This document shows positions 39,489-48,967 of a stretch of 64,000 nucleotides of DNA, piece by piece. Within the stretch, counting starts at the first letter, position 1. Each line of letters opens with the position of its first letter. The notes below the pieces were generated by a model. The model saw nothing but the letters and a program-made list of their open reading frames with translations, was not told the origin of the DNA and ran no database searches. Position numbers and translations under genes: made by a program. The stretch is from a virus: the IMG/VR virus record IMGVR_UViG_3300005613_000027, positions 1 to 64,000 of that record; one strand, given 5' to 3'.

Positions 39489-41240
39489 TTACTTTATTTT
39501 CTTTTTCAACACAGCGGCACTTAAATTACGACCAGACGTCCCAACTATAAGAGGTCCCTGAGCATGTTGTAATGCATCTAAAGGATTCCATGTGCTGTTA
39601 ACATTATGAGTTCGCATCATACCGCCTTTAGTAAACAGAATAGGATCACCTTCTTCTTCTAATTCTTTCTCAACCATTCTGGCCCCATATCCAGCGAGTA
39701 TTAACGCTGAATATAAGTCTTTCTTCTGTCCTTTTTTAGGAGTATCAAAATGCAGAAGCCCGCTTGCTGTTTGAGTAACAATTATACTCAACATCTGGGC
39801 TTTAAGTTTCTGTATATTCTCATAAACAATAGCAAACCTATCGTCTGGAGAAACTGGTGGTTCTGGAAATCTTAATCTTTTTTCTTCTAATAAAGATAGT
39901 GTAATGAAATTAGCATCAGAAATCCAGGCCGGATTAAAATTAATCATTTCCAATATATGCAAACCTTTTATATGAAGCTTATCCTTATCAGTCCTGTCAA
40001 TCATTGGTTCATGGCCATTATACCCATCTTCTAATAAATCCATTATAGCTTTTCCGCCACCACCTTTATCTATAAATATTCTTATTATATTATACATTTT
40101 ATATAAATGTTGAATGGCCGTTGTAAGTCCTTGTGTAGTTTTATCTTTTAATTCTAATACATTTACTACCTTATTAATAACTCCTAACTTAATGACTACA
40201 GCACCACAACTTGCTTCCCCGCCCTGATTAGGGTCTACACCTAAAACATATTGAGCTTCTGGATCGCCCCTCAATTCTATGTTAAATCCACTGTCAATAG
40301 TACACCCCTCTAACAATGATGCTTTAAAAAACCCTTCGGAATCTGAAATCATTGCTGCTTCATATTCCATTTTGAATTCATAGCTTGACATAGTACGCTT
40401 TGCTTCAATTATACTATCCTCTACCAGAAACCCCTCTGGCATAAACCAGTAAGGAACTTGATAAACAACATGCCTACAAGTTTCTGGAGGTTCCCTATCC
40501 ATCATATCCCAATGATCTTTCATTCGTCTCCACATATGATTGAATTTAAAAAACCCAGACGATGTCATAACCATTTTATTTACCGATTCTTCTTCAAAAT
40601 CATCTTCCGTAGCCAAACCTTCTGCTATAAGCTTCTTTTGATGTTCTATTCTTCTTACCTTTTCCATAGGCTCTAATGCAACAGCCGCAAATGGCCTAAC
40701 TACTAAATCCAACACCTTGTCTGGTACCTGGGCAAGCTCGTCTATACATATCAAATAAAAACGGGACCCCCTAATCTTGGCCCCGTCAACACCTAATGGT
40801 AAAGCTTCTATGTAAGAACCACTCATACCACCAACAGCTTTAAACTTTAAGAAACACGTATCAGTACCCCTAGTAGGCTTCTTTTCTACAGCCTCGCGTA
40901 TTAAAGCAGATTTGCTATATAACTTTTCAACTTCTGAAAACATCATTTTTGACTGGCGAAAAGTAGGTGCAATTAATCCTACCCTATATCCTGGATAAAG
41001 TAAACAATACAAAACAGCTAACAATCCCTGCATATACGTCTTTCCACATCCACGGCCCATTACAGCAATAACATAATTCTTTATCCACATATCATTAAAA
41101 ACTAGTCTTTGTATAGGAGCCAAATCAGACCTACATAAATCAAATGCTGCTATTGTGGGGTTGTCTCTATAAAATTGGATAAGTTCTACACCTTGTTCAA
41201 ACACCATATCCATGTGCCTCTTGGTCTTTCGTTTGGCCAC
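39489..41240 (-). CDS. terL: Terminase large subunit
   Basis: Walker A GRGCGKT, IRGSRF + Walker B ICIDE, MEYEA, nuclease LGVDP...IDKGGGG...KKDLYSA. Confidence 0.9.
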   Translation of the reverse strand: MAKRKTKRHMDMVFEQGVELIQFYRDNPTIAAFDLCRSDLAPIQRLVFNDMWIKNYVIAVMGRGCGKTYMQGLLAVLYCLLYPGYRVGLIAPTFRQSKMMFSEVEKLYSKSALIREAVEKKPTRGTDTCFLKFKAVGGMSGSYIEALPLGVDGAKIRGSRFYLICIDELAQVPDKVLDLVVRPFAAVALEPMEKVRRIEHQKKLIAEGLATEDDFEEESVNKMVMTSSGFFKFNHMWRRMKDHWDMMDREPPETCRHVVYQVPYWFMPEGFLVEDSIIEAKRTMSSYEFKMEYEAAMISDSEGFFKASLLEGCTIDSGFNIELRGDPEAQYVLGVDPNQGGEASCGAVVIKLGVINKVVNVLELKDKTTQGLTTAIQHLYKMYNIIRIFIDKGGGGKAIMDLLEDGYNGHEPMIDRTDKDKLHIKGLHILEMINFNPAWISDANFITLSLLEEKRLRFPEPPVSPDDRFAIVYENIQKLKAQMLSIIVTQTASGLLHFDTPKKGQKKDLYSALILAGYGARMVEKELEEEGDPILFTKGGMMRTHNVNSTWNPLDALQHAQGPLIVGTSGRNLSAAVLKKKIK

Positions 41241-41771
41241 TTAAAAAAATTCCTCCTTATCTGACACTTTAACATCTAAATCATACCTGTTACCTTGAAA
41301 TTTATTAAATTGTTTGGCTGCTTCAGTCTCTTCTTCTTTATTGAATATGGCCTTGTTTAACATATCTTCCTTTTTTTTCTTATCAAATGCTACAGCTAGG
41401 TCTATAATAGAAAATCCCTTATACTCATGTGGATTTATTCTATCTTTTCTTCTACTTAACAAGTTATCTTTTATTTTATCGTTTTGCTTTCTTAATTTTT
41501 CTATAGCAGTAGAAGCATCTATCTGTTTATCTGGACTACCTTTACTGGTTTTAAGAAGCCGTATCTCCAAAACCCTGTTCATAGCCAAACTCATAACATC
41601 ATCCATATCACTAGAAGTTAAATCCTCTTTATCAAAATCTTTCATATAAATGTCCACCAATGATTCATATATTTTCTTTTCATCATCCTCAAATATATCA
41701 TCTATAGGAATTACTTCCTTTAGCATCTCTTTTGCTTTTGGTGGGTTCTTAGGTCTACCGACAGATTTCAC
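41241..41771 (-). CDS. Putative terminase small subunit
   Basis: Abuts terL upstream; GRPK N-terminus, helical. Confidence 0.55.
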   Translation of the reverse strand: MKSVGRPKNPPKAKEMLKEVIPIDDIFEDDEKKIYESLVDIYMKDFDKEDLTSSDMDDVMSLAMNRVLEIRLLKTSKGSPDKQIDASTAIEKLRKQNDKIKDNLLSRRKDRINPHEYKGFSIIDLAVAFDKKKKEDMLNKAIFNKEEETEAAKQFNKFQGNRYDLDVKVSDKEEFF

Positions 41772-41782
41772 AAGCCCTCCTA

Positions 41783-42217
41783 TTATGTTAAATCATCAAA
41801 TAAAGTTTCTGGATCTAACCCATGCATCTCACAAAATTCTTTAAACAAAAGCAGTGTTTCGGGGGTCAATACGTGACCAAAATATTCTATATTATTACCG
41901 AAAGATATTTCCATTCTTCTTGCGCTTCTCATTGATCTATTAGTCAATACATCGTCTAAATCATCTAATTCTTCCCTCACCTGGTTAAGCCAACCACACA
42001 TACTGTCATCGTTTAATCTGCAATATGTATTTTCTATCTCTTCTGAAAGTGGATTCAATCTCCTAAAATATAATATTAGTGATTTAGAGATTTTATCTTT
42101 TGTTTCCTGTCTATGGCTCTGTCCAGTTTTAGATTTACTTATAGCTTGTTTACTCTTTTCACTTAATTTAAATCCAATAGGACGACCACGTTTCTTTTTG
42201 TCTCCATTACCAGACAC
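41783..42217 (-). CDS. NUMOD3-like DNA-binding protein
   Basis: KLSEKSKQAISKSKTGQSHRQETKDKISKS; no nuclease motif seen. Confidence 0.55.
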   Translation of the reverse strand: MSGNGDKKKRGRPIGFKLSEKSKQAISKSKTGQSHRQETKDKISKSLILYFRRLNPLSEEIENTYCRLNDDSMCGWLNQVREELDDLDDVLTNRSMRSARRMEISFGNNIEYFGHVLTPETLLLFKEFCEMHGLDPETLFDDLT

Positions 42218-42220
42218 CCA

Positions 42221-42484
42221 CTACACCTCCTCCACACTGACGTATTTTTTACACTCAGTGCATATCATTCCTATTGTGTTTATAGGAACAGACGCTATGT
42301 GACCACAATCTTTACATTCTACGTTATTATGTCTTTTTGGTTTACTTGGTTTAGAAAATGTAAAGGGCAAATTACCATGGTCATCTACAAACTTACTTTC
42401 TCTGTGAATTCGTTCATTATGTTTTTTTACACCCTTTTCAGGTTCCCATCTTCTCTTAGTTACACCTGGATCTAATACCGCCAT
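42221..42484 (-). CDS. Zinc-ribbon protein
   Basis: CKDC...CTEC. Confidence 0.6.
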   Translation of the reverse strand: MAVLDPGVTKRRWEPEKGVKKHNERIHRESKFVDDHGNLPFTFSKPSKPKRHNNVECKDCGHIASVPINTIGMICTECKKYVSVEEV

Positions 42485-43922
42485 TCCTTTTCTCCTTATT
42501 CTTGTTGTATTTTAAGTTGCCACAATCCCAGATCCTATTCCATCCCTGTAAAACCCTATTTTCCCATTCAGTAAGTGTTTGGTCATCATTATTGTTTTTT
42601 CTTAAATTAAATCTATGAATTCTTTTATATTTATTTCTGTCACTAAAATACCAATAATTTGGGGGTGTAATGGAATTTAGGTTAAACCCTAATTTTATAT
42701 ATAAATCACCAACTGACCATCTCCGATCAGCATAAGAAAATATTTCTGACCAATCATAATTTCTCTCAAAATATTTTAATAGTTTTGATGCGCCGCCAAC
42801 TACTTGATAATTTATTTTAGAACAAAATCTGTTTAATTCCCAAACACTAATTAAAGAATTCTTGGCTCCTTTAGAAATAGATGGTTTTGAAAATGTCATG
42901 GCAGAAACCATTTCTTCTTTATAAAAAAGACCTAATTTAACACTAGAACCATTATAACCCTGTAAATGATTTTCATTAAAAAAACTAGCTGCATCATTAG
43001 TACTTATTTCTCTGATAGAACAATTTCTGGCATAAACAATATTCGTATTATTCTCACCTAATATGCTTAACAACCTAGATAACACAATGTCTTTATTAAA
43101 CAAAAATTCATCTTCAAATATAGTAACAAGCCTATATCCAATCTCCTTACATCTAACTAGTTTATTTAAATGATATACACTATCTTTACCAAATAACTCT
43201 GAGTGCCACCTAATACCACAATACTCAATAGCTAATTTTTTACTTGGTATTACAATATCAAGTTCATAGGGTGGTATTAGTGTTTTATCATTAATAAATA
43301 AATCAGATTGTGTAACTACATTATTTAGAAACACAGCTAAAGTTTTTTCTACTCTTGATGTATTATTACTACATTTTTTACATCTACTATTATTAGTAAA
43401 CCAGTTAAACCAACTAGATATATACACATGTCCATTAGGACATAATAACTTTATTCTACTCCTAGAACTTTTATATTCACCTTCAATATATTTATACCCC
43501 TCTAACTCAACATGTTTTATAAAGACATCTAAATAATTATCCTTACATTTATTTGACACACAAAAAACACATTTATTTTTCTTCCTAGACCACGCACTCC
43601 AAATTACACTATTAATACCACCACATTTATCACATTTATAATATATCTTTTGTTTACTACTTTTATATTCATTTGTCAATAATGTAAACCCCTCACTATT
43701 AACTATATTACGCACATCATTTATATTAGAAAAACGATTAAATGCACATAATTTACATCTCTGACCCACCAACCATTTTTCTAAAGATATTTCTCCTTTA
43801 TGCCCAGCTGGACAAATATACTTCAATTTTTGTTTAGTGTTTATATAATAAGTAGTTAAAAGAATATAATTATTTTTATTAAAAACTTCTTTTACAAAAT
43901 TTATATCATATTTTCTATTCAA
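42456..43922 (-). CDS. Hef-like (PD-(D/E)XK) homing endonuclease with zinc-ribbon repeats
   Basis: ELDIVIP..KLAIEYCGIRWHS...IFEDE; C-terminal WELNRFC...GGASKL...SYADRRW...IWDCG domain. Confidence 0.8.
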   Translation of the reverse strand: MNRKYDINFVKEVFNKNNYILLTTYYINTKQKLKYICPAGHKGEISLEKWLVGQRCKLCAFNRFSNINDVRNIVNSEGFTLLTNEYKSSKQKIYYKCDKCGGINSVIWSAWSRKKNKCVFCVSNKCKDNYLDVFIKHVELEGYKYIEGEYKSSRSRIKLLCPNGHVYISSWFNWFTNNSRCKKCSNNTSRVEKTLAVFLNNVVTQSDLFINDKTLIPPYELDIVIPSKKLAIEYCGIRWHSELFGKDSVYHLNKLVRCKEIGYRLVTIFEDEFLFNKDIVLSRLLSILGENNTNIVYARNCSIREISTNDAASFFNENHLQGYNGSSVKLGLFYKEEMVSAMTFSKPSISKGAKNSLISVWELNRFCSKINYQVVGGASKLLKYFERNYDWSEIFSYADRRWSVGDLYIKLGFNLNSITPPNYWYFSDRNKYKRIHRFNLRKNNNDDQTLTEWENRVLQGWNRIWDCGNLKYNKNKEKRNGGIRSRCN

Positions 43923-43924
43923 CC

Positions 43925-44485
43925 TTATCTCCTATAATCTACTTCTACACAACGTTTGGATGCTATGTAGTCTGACACATACACACACAACTCTTCAGGT
44001 GTATATTTAGATAAATCTTTCTTCCATTTTCCGTAAGACCATAATCCATAATGATATCCTACCATATTTTTAATTGCCTTATAGTCCTCATCATCCAAAA
44101 GCATAGTAGCTTCCTGTACCTCTATAACCAACTGAGCACCTAAATCTGGATGATTCTTAGTAGTATGCCCTGTCTTTTTCAATCCTTGTTTCCTCAAATC
44201 ATGAATTATACAAGCGCTTAAAATTAGATCTCTGCTGGTCTCACAACCAAGCCCCCTACACAACTCATACGCCAAAGTAAACACTTTCTTAGTGTGTAAT
44301 ATAGTACCATCAGGCCCTAACTCACTAATGGGATGATATTTTCCACTAGATGATGCAGGACAATCAGTAAAGAAATAATCAGGCGCATTTATCACACATA
44401 ACTTTGTAAATTCTCTTATATCATCGTCAAATATTAACTCTAATTCTGCCGCGAAAATTGCGGCTTTTTCTTCAATAGAAACCAT
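43925..44485 (-). CDS. HD-domain phosphohydrolase
   Basis: PASSSGKYHP...GTILHT...IHD...H...HYG...SDY. Confidence 0.8.
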   Translation of the reverse strand: MVSIEEKAAIFAAELELIFDDDIREFTKLCVINAPDYFFTDCPASSSGKYHPISELGPDGTILHTKKVFTLAYELCRGLGCETSRDLILSACIIHDLRKQGLKKTGHTTKNHPDLGAQLVIEVQEATMLLDDEDYKAIKNMVGYHYGLWSYGKWKKDLSKYTPEELCVYVSDYIASKRCVEVDYRR

Positions 44486-44505
44486 TAATTCTCTCCTTTT
44501 CCATT

Positions 44506-44736
44506 CTAACGTGGTTTTAAACTTAAATCCTCTTTATATAAATTAGCCCTTTCAACTCTTATAGATTGGTGGTTTGGGTTATATCCAGCTTGTGGATATC
44601 TACCACCTCTATAACTACGTGGATATTGTTCAAAATCCATGAACTTAGACCTTTCAGATACAATTCTAGCTACAGTATATCCTTTTTGATGTCTAACCCA
44701 GTAAGGTTCTCTATAATCACTTTCAGAAAGTGGCAT
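44506..44736 (-). CDS. Hypothetical protein
   Basis: 76 aa, translationally coupled. Confidence 0.55.
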   Translation of the reverse strand: MPLSESDYREPYWVRHQKGYTVARIVSERSKFMDFEQYPRSYRGGRYPQAGYNPNHQSIRVERANLYKEDLSLKPR

Positions 44737-45089
44737 TACTCATCTCCTTCACTAATTTTTTTAAGACTTTTAAGATAGGTAATATCATACTCACCTCTTA
44801 AAAATTTTGAAACACATTTTAAATTATCAACCCATCTATTCAAATCCTCTTCTATAGCGGACGCCCTAACTCTAAATAAAATAGTGTTACTATACTCTTT
44901 TATGTCTATATTATCTAAATCTACATCCACTCTAAATTCCACACTAGATAAAATATTAATCCATTTTAAAAAAGTATCCTTTTCTTCTGTATTAACACTG
45001 AACTCAAAAACTATCTTATTTGTAGATCTTAACAAATCAAATTGTATTAGACTTTCATTAAATTCAGACTTAAACATTTTATACACCAC
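44736..45089 (-). CDS. Hypothetical protein
   Basis: 117 aa ORF. Confidence 0.55.
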   Translation of the reverse strand: MVYKMFKSEFNESLIQFDLLRSTNKIVFEFSVNTEEKDTFLKWINILSSVEFRVDVDLDNIDIKEYSNTILFRVRASAIEEDLNRWVDNLKCVSKFLRGEYDITYLKSLKKISEGDE

Positions 45090-45158
45090 CTTTTCCTTGT
45101 CTTATTTATAATTTTATCCTAAAATAAACTATTTAGGCACACATTTTTTTCTTTTTGT

Positions 45159-45473
45159 TCAATAGCGCTGGCCTGGCGGACATTTAGGAGCAGAATCTTC
45201 AGCATCTCTCGCCAAATATTCTGCATACTCCTCCTCTCTACCCTCAACAACTTTACCAGTAGTTATTTCGCTGGCTTTTATTGTTCCCATTAAATCCATA
45301 GCAAAAGAAGGAATACTGTCTCCCTCCCACTCAACAGTTATATTCATATAAGTTTTATCCGCTATCTTTGATACCATTCTAGCAGAATTATAATTATCCC
45401 CGCTTTTTGTTATACTAGTATATACGATGGTACCAATGTCTATCTTTATATCTAATGTTTTTTTACTAGCCAT
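45159..45473 (-). CDS. Hypothetical protein
   Basis: 104 aa, GGAGG RBS. Confidence 0.6.
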   Translation of the reverse strand: MASKKTLDIKIDIGTIVYTSITKSGDNYNSARMVSKIADKTYMNITVEWEGDSIPSFAMDLMGTIKASEITTGKVVEGREEEYAEYLARDAEDSAPKCPPGQRY

Positions 45474-45500
45474 TGTTATTCCTCCTTTTAATTTTATTTA

Positions 45501-45731
45501 TTAAGGTGACGGTGGCTCTGCTATAAGAGCTGCATTATAAGCATCTATATCTTCTTGAGTCATATCCCCCTGCATAAGCGGAGTACCACTAGCTGGGTCA
45601 TTAGCAGGCATAGTGTCTTCAGGACCATACCAACAAATCCAATCTCCATCAAATACAATACCAGTAGCATATCCATCGGCTGGCGCGGACTGCCCTGGTG
45701 TTAATTTGAACTTTCTATAAACATTAGCCAT
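45501..45731 (-). CDS. Small hypothetical protein
   Basis: Start revised to MANVYRK behind GGAGG. Confidence 0.55.
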   Translation of the reverse strand: MANVYRKFKLTPGQSAPADGYATGIVFDGDWICWYGPEDTMPANDPASGTPLMQGDMTQEDIDAYNAALIAEPPSP

Positions 45732-45732
45732 A

Positions 45733-46383
45733 TTATCCTCCTGAAATTTTAAAATTTGCAAGATGTTTGCCAACTAAAAATCTAGCTACATCTTTAGCAG
45801 TCTCTTTTAATTCTTTTAATGTCCATTGATTATTCACTGTAAAATCTACTCTGTGCCCATCATCTAAATCAGTTTCTGATATATGTTGTTTATTATGTGT
45901 GGCTTTATCTTCTTCTCTCTCAACTCTTACATGATAACCACCTCTATCCACAACAGCATCAACTTCATTTACATGACGTAAATCAGTAATTATAACATTT
46001 TTATATTCTTTATCTTCAATAACTCTAAATAAGCGGTCTATCCAAAAATCATAATTTATTGTTCTGAAAAACTGACCGTAATTCTGCATTATCTCACGGG
46101 GTGTCCAATACTTAGGACGGGTTGGTAACTCACCTTTACCAAGACCTTCACAAAATGGTATTATGTGGTGTACCCTTTTATATCTCTCATCCTCAACTTC
46201 TTTCTCATCGCCCCAAAGCTGTTCGTAAGATAAATCAAAATCCTTTTGAACTTTTAACTTTAATTCATGAGCATATGCCATAAGAACATATGCCTGACCT
46301 GTTTGTATTTGTAATTCTCTTGCCAACATTTCTGCAAATGTATCTTTCCCAGACCTTGCCTTACCACTTACCCCGATTAACAT
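45733..46383 (-). CDS. Deoxynucleoside monophosphate kinase
   Basis: GKARSGKDT P-loop, TPREIMQ.YG, IITDLRH.NE, HISE. Confidence 0.85.
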   Translation of the reverse strand: MLIGVSGKARSGKDTFAEMLARELQIQTGQAYVLMAYAHELKLKVQKDFDLSYEQLWGDEKEVEDERYKRVHHIIPFCEGLGKGELPTRPKYWTPREIMQNYGQFFRTINYDFWIDRLFRVIEDKEYKNVIITDLRHVNEVDAVVDRGGYHVRVEREEDKATHNKQHISETDLDDGHRVDFTVNNQWTLKELKETAKDVARFLVGKHLANFKISGG

Positions 46384-46441
46384 TTTAAACCCTCCCCCTG
46401 AACACCTTTAACAACTTTGTATACTTTATCATAAACTCCTA

Positions 46442-46702
46442 TCAAACTTTAAATTTTTTTATATTCCTTTTTAATTCAGAATCATACCTTTTTATCTTCT
46501 CGATTATATTTTTAACAGCCTTCTGCTCCCTGGTTAAAATTTCCGTTGCACGCTCTGTTGTTATATCTCTCTTTATTTCTACAAATTTAACAACATATTC
46601 TTTACACTTAGGCTCTTCTTCCTTTACACACTTCTTTCTATTCTCCTCACAAAAACACTCTACATCTAATCCATCAAATTTGACCCACAGTTTTTTAATC
46701 AA
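46442..46702 (-). CDS. Hypothetical protein
   Basis: 86 aa. Confidence 0.5.
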   Translation of the reverse strand: MIKKLWVKFDGLDVECFCEENRKKCVKEEEPKCKEYVVKFVEIKRDITTERATEILTREQKAVKNIIEKIKRYDSELKRNIKKFKV

Positions 46703-47096
46703 CGTTTATACTCCAATCGTTTATATTTATAACCCTATTAAGCAACATATATTCTTCAATTAACTTAGTTCTTTGCTCCATTAAATTAAAAATATCTAAT
46801 GTATTTCTAGGATTACTTATCAAACTTGCCATTGTTTCTATTTTCTCTAAAACTGTAGTCCTCAATTCAACAGCAGTGGAAATAGACACTTTAGTAGTAC
46901 CTATCTCTACTTCAACATCATTATTAGCTCTATTTATAGCTATAGAATACTTTTGAATTTTATCCTGTAATATAAATATCTTATTTATAATATCATTTAC
47001 ATTACCATGAACATCTTTATCTAATAAATAGTTCTCAAGCTCTTTAATTTCTGTTTTCAATATTTTATTTCTTAATATTAATTCTCCTAATAACAT
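46695..47096 (-). CDS. Hypothetical coiled-coil protein
   Basis: 133 aa, AAGGAG RBS. Confidence 0.55.
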   Translation of the reverse strand: MLLGELILRNKILKTEIKELENYLLDKDVHGNVNDIINKIFILQDKIQKYSIAINRANNDVEVEIGTTKVSISTAVELRTTVLEKIETMASLISNPRNTLDIFNLMEQRTKLIEEYMLLNRVININDWSINVD

Positions 47097-47111
47097 TTAA
47101 ATCTCCTTGTA

Positions 47112-48033
47112 AAATGTAGTTGTTCATCAAGGAACTCGGATAGAGCCCCGGCCTGCTTTTAGTCTAGTGCTGTGGAGCAATTACCACAGAATTTCAAATA
47201 TGAACGCCATCTCCTACCACAAGTAGGGCATTGAATTTTTACCCTAGTAGCTACTGCTTTTCTCACAGGTCTAACTTTACCACTCTTTTTAACAGTACCC
47301 TTCAACCTAATAATTATAGTAGAAGAACTGCTTTCCAGCGGGCCGACATCACCATAGTGAAAATCTTGTCTGACTTTGGACCCCTTCACAGTTATCACCT
47401 CGTCTGGCTTTGGGGTAGGAACATTACATGACACAGTAGTAGACGATTTCATACACCCTTTCACCTGATGGAAATTAGCCATGGTATATGTTGTTTGCGA
47501 AGGTCCGCCTTTACTATCTCCAAAAGTAAAATCATTTAAAGTATAATCAGGACTAAACCCCTCATCATAATTATAAACCACCCAAGGAGTAACTTGAGTA
47601 GTTTGCTCATACCAAAATTCTACTTCAACCATACCGTCATCAATTCTGTCTCCACGAAATCTTGCAATTTCCTTAGTCTTCTTAATAACTCTAAACTTAT
47701 GGGTAGCTCTAAGTCCTTTAAGAAAACCTTTTAATTCTCTCTGGGATTTACCAGGAACTATATACCTGTGACCGCCCATTACATCTTGTCCATCAACAGA
47801 AATTCTGGCTACCGCCGTTCGAGAATCTTTGTTTTTTAACAAAATAGAATATTCAGAACCAGGTGGTAATCTTACGACACCGCCTCGTTCTCTCATTATT
47901 CTACCTTTATGTTTTATTACTGCTATAAAATTATTCTTGTACACCATTCTATTTCCTCCCTTTTTACAGGCCTCCAGCCAAGGCCTCGTTTTATTTTTAA
48001 GCTGGATAGGATTTATGATGAACAACTACATTT
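47112..48033. repeat. 18-bp perfect inverted repeat (47112-47129 / 48016-48033) enclosing one gene
   Basis: AAATGTAGTTGTTCATCA and TGATGAACAACTACATTT. Confidence 0.9.
47159..47947 (-). CDS. Hypothetical phage protein with C-terminal zinc ribbon
   Basis: Start revised to MVYKNNF behind GGGAGG; LPPGSEYSILLKN...VDGQDV; CPTCG...CGNC. Confidence 0.7.
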   Translation of the reverse strand: MVYKNNFIAVIKHKGRIMRERGGVVRLPPGSEYSILLKNKDSRTAVARISVDGQDVMGGHRYIVPGKSQRELKGFLKGLRATHKFRVIKKTKEIARFRGDRIDDGMVEVEFWYEQTTQVTPWVVYNYDEGFSPDYTLNDFTFGDSKGGPSQTTYTMANFHQVKGCMKSSTTVSCNVPTPKPDEVITVKGSKVRQDFHYGDVGPLESSSSTIIIRLKGTVKKSGKVRPVRKAVATRVKIQCPTCGRRWRSYLKFCGNCSTALD

Positions 48034-48036
48034 AGT

Positions 48037-48255
48037 TTATTCTTCTATTAATACTTCTTTGGCTTGCATGCCTTTTTCTTCCTTTTTAAGAACAAAAGAC
48101 ACCTTCTGCCCAGCTTTTAACGTTTTAAAGCCTTCCATATCAATGCTACTGAAATGAACAAAATACTCTTCATTCTCAATATCATCTCTGGTTACAAATC
48201 CGTAACCTCTTTCATTACTAAACCATTTAACTTCTCCAAATACTCTACTCATCAT
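48037..48255 (-). CDS. Cold-shock domain protein
   Basis: GEVKWF...RGYGFV (RNP1), FVHFS (RNP2), GFKTL..GQKVSF. Confidence 0.92.
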   Translation of the reverse strand: MMSRVFGEVKWFSNERGYGFVTRDDIENEEYFVHFSSIDMEGFKTLKAGQKVSFVLKKEEKGMQAKEVLIEE

Positions 48256-48270
48256 TCTAAATTCCTCCGA

Positions 48271-48459
48271 TTATTCTTCTTTTTTCTCTTCTGTTTTATT
48301 GCCCGGCAGAAGGGGCTTCAAAGCAGCTTTAATTGCAGTTAAAATTATATCATCGTAAGGTGTAGGTGTTATGGCCACAACTTTATCGGCCACAAGTAAA
48401 ATTAGTAAAACTAATTCCCAATTTTGTATAACCCACGTCAAAACAGTAACATTATCCAT
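48271..48459 (-). CDS. Small membrane protein (holin-like)
   Basis: Hydrophobic segment plus ITPTPYDD motif, next to endolysin candidate. Confidence 0.5.
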   Translation of the reverse strand: MDNVTVLTWVIQNWELVLLILLVADKVVAITPTPYDDIILTAIKAALKPLLPGNKTEEKKEE

Positions 48460-48468
48460 GTTTCCTCC

Positions 48469-48957
48469 TTAAACGTCGTATAAACTCTTTAGGTAATTTA
48501 AAGACACCTCTTCATAACTATGTTTCTCATCCTTTAATTTTAACTTCTTAATATTCCCGCCTTCTCTGTAAGCCACGTGAATCCATCCATCTGGAAAATA
48601 TTCTGCAATGACTGCGCGATATTCCAGCCCACTACAAATAAATTCCACGACATCAATTAATTTAGTTTTCGGATCTATCGGCTCTATATCAGCAGCCTGC
48701 CCTCTTGCGTGATTCGAATTCTTATTGCTACCCACCGCTTCACACAATTCCACACTCCTAAAACCACTTGTAATCCTAATTCTGCCAAACTCATTTCTTA
48801 CAGGCTGTAATATATTTACAGCCAGCTTTTCTATACATTCCCACTCTTCATCAGTAGGTTCGTTTTTTATACCTTTCCTCAAAGCAGTCTGAGATCTTAC
48901 AAACTCCTTATAACTAAAGCTTTCTGCGCCAGGTATTTTATCATTTAATTTTCTCAT
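48469..48957 (-). CDS. Peptidase M15A (Zn D-Ala-D-Ala peptidase), endolysin candidate
   Basis: ITSGFRS...SNHARGQAADI...WIHV. Confidence 0.85.
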   Translation of the reverse strand: MRKLNDKIPGAESFSYKEFVRSQTALRKGIKNEPTDEEWECIEKLAVNILQPVRNEFGRIRITSGFRSVELCEAVGSNKNSNHARGQAADIEPIDPKTKLIDVVEFICSGLEYRAVIAEYFPDGWIHVAYREGGNIKKLKLKDEKHSYEEVSLNYLKSLYDV

Positions 48958-48967
48958 TAATTATCTC

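Noticed and set aside
47112-47135. Hammerhead ribozyme or retron suggested by UGAUGA and the inverted repeat
   Set aside because: No CUGAUGA/GAAA core geometry and no reverse transcriptase gene nearby.
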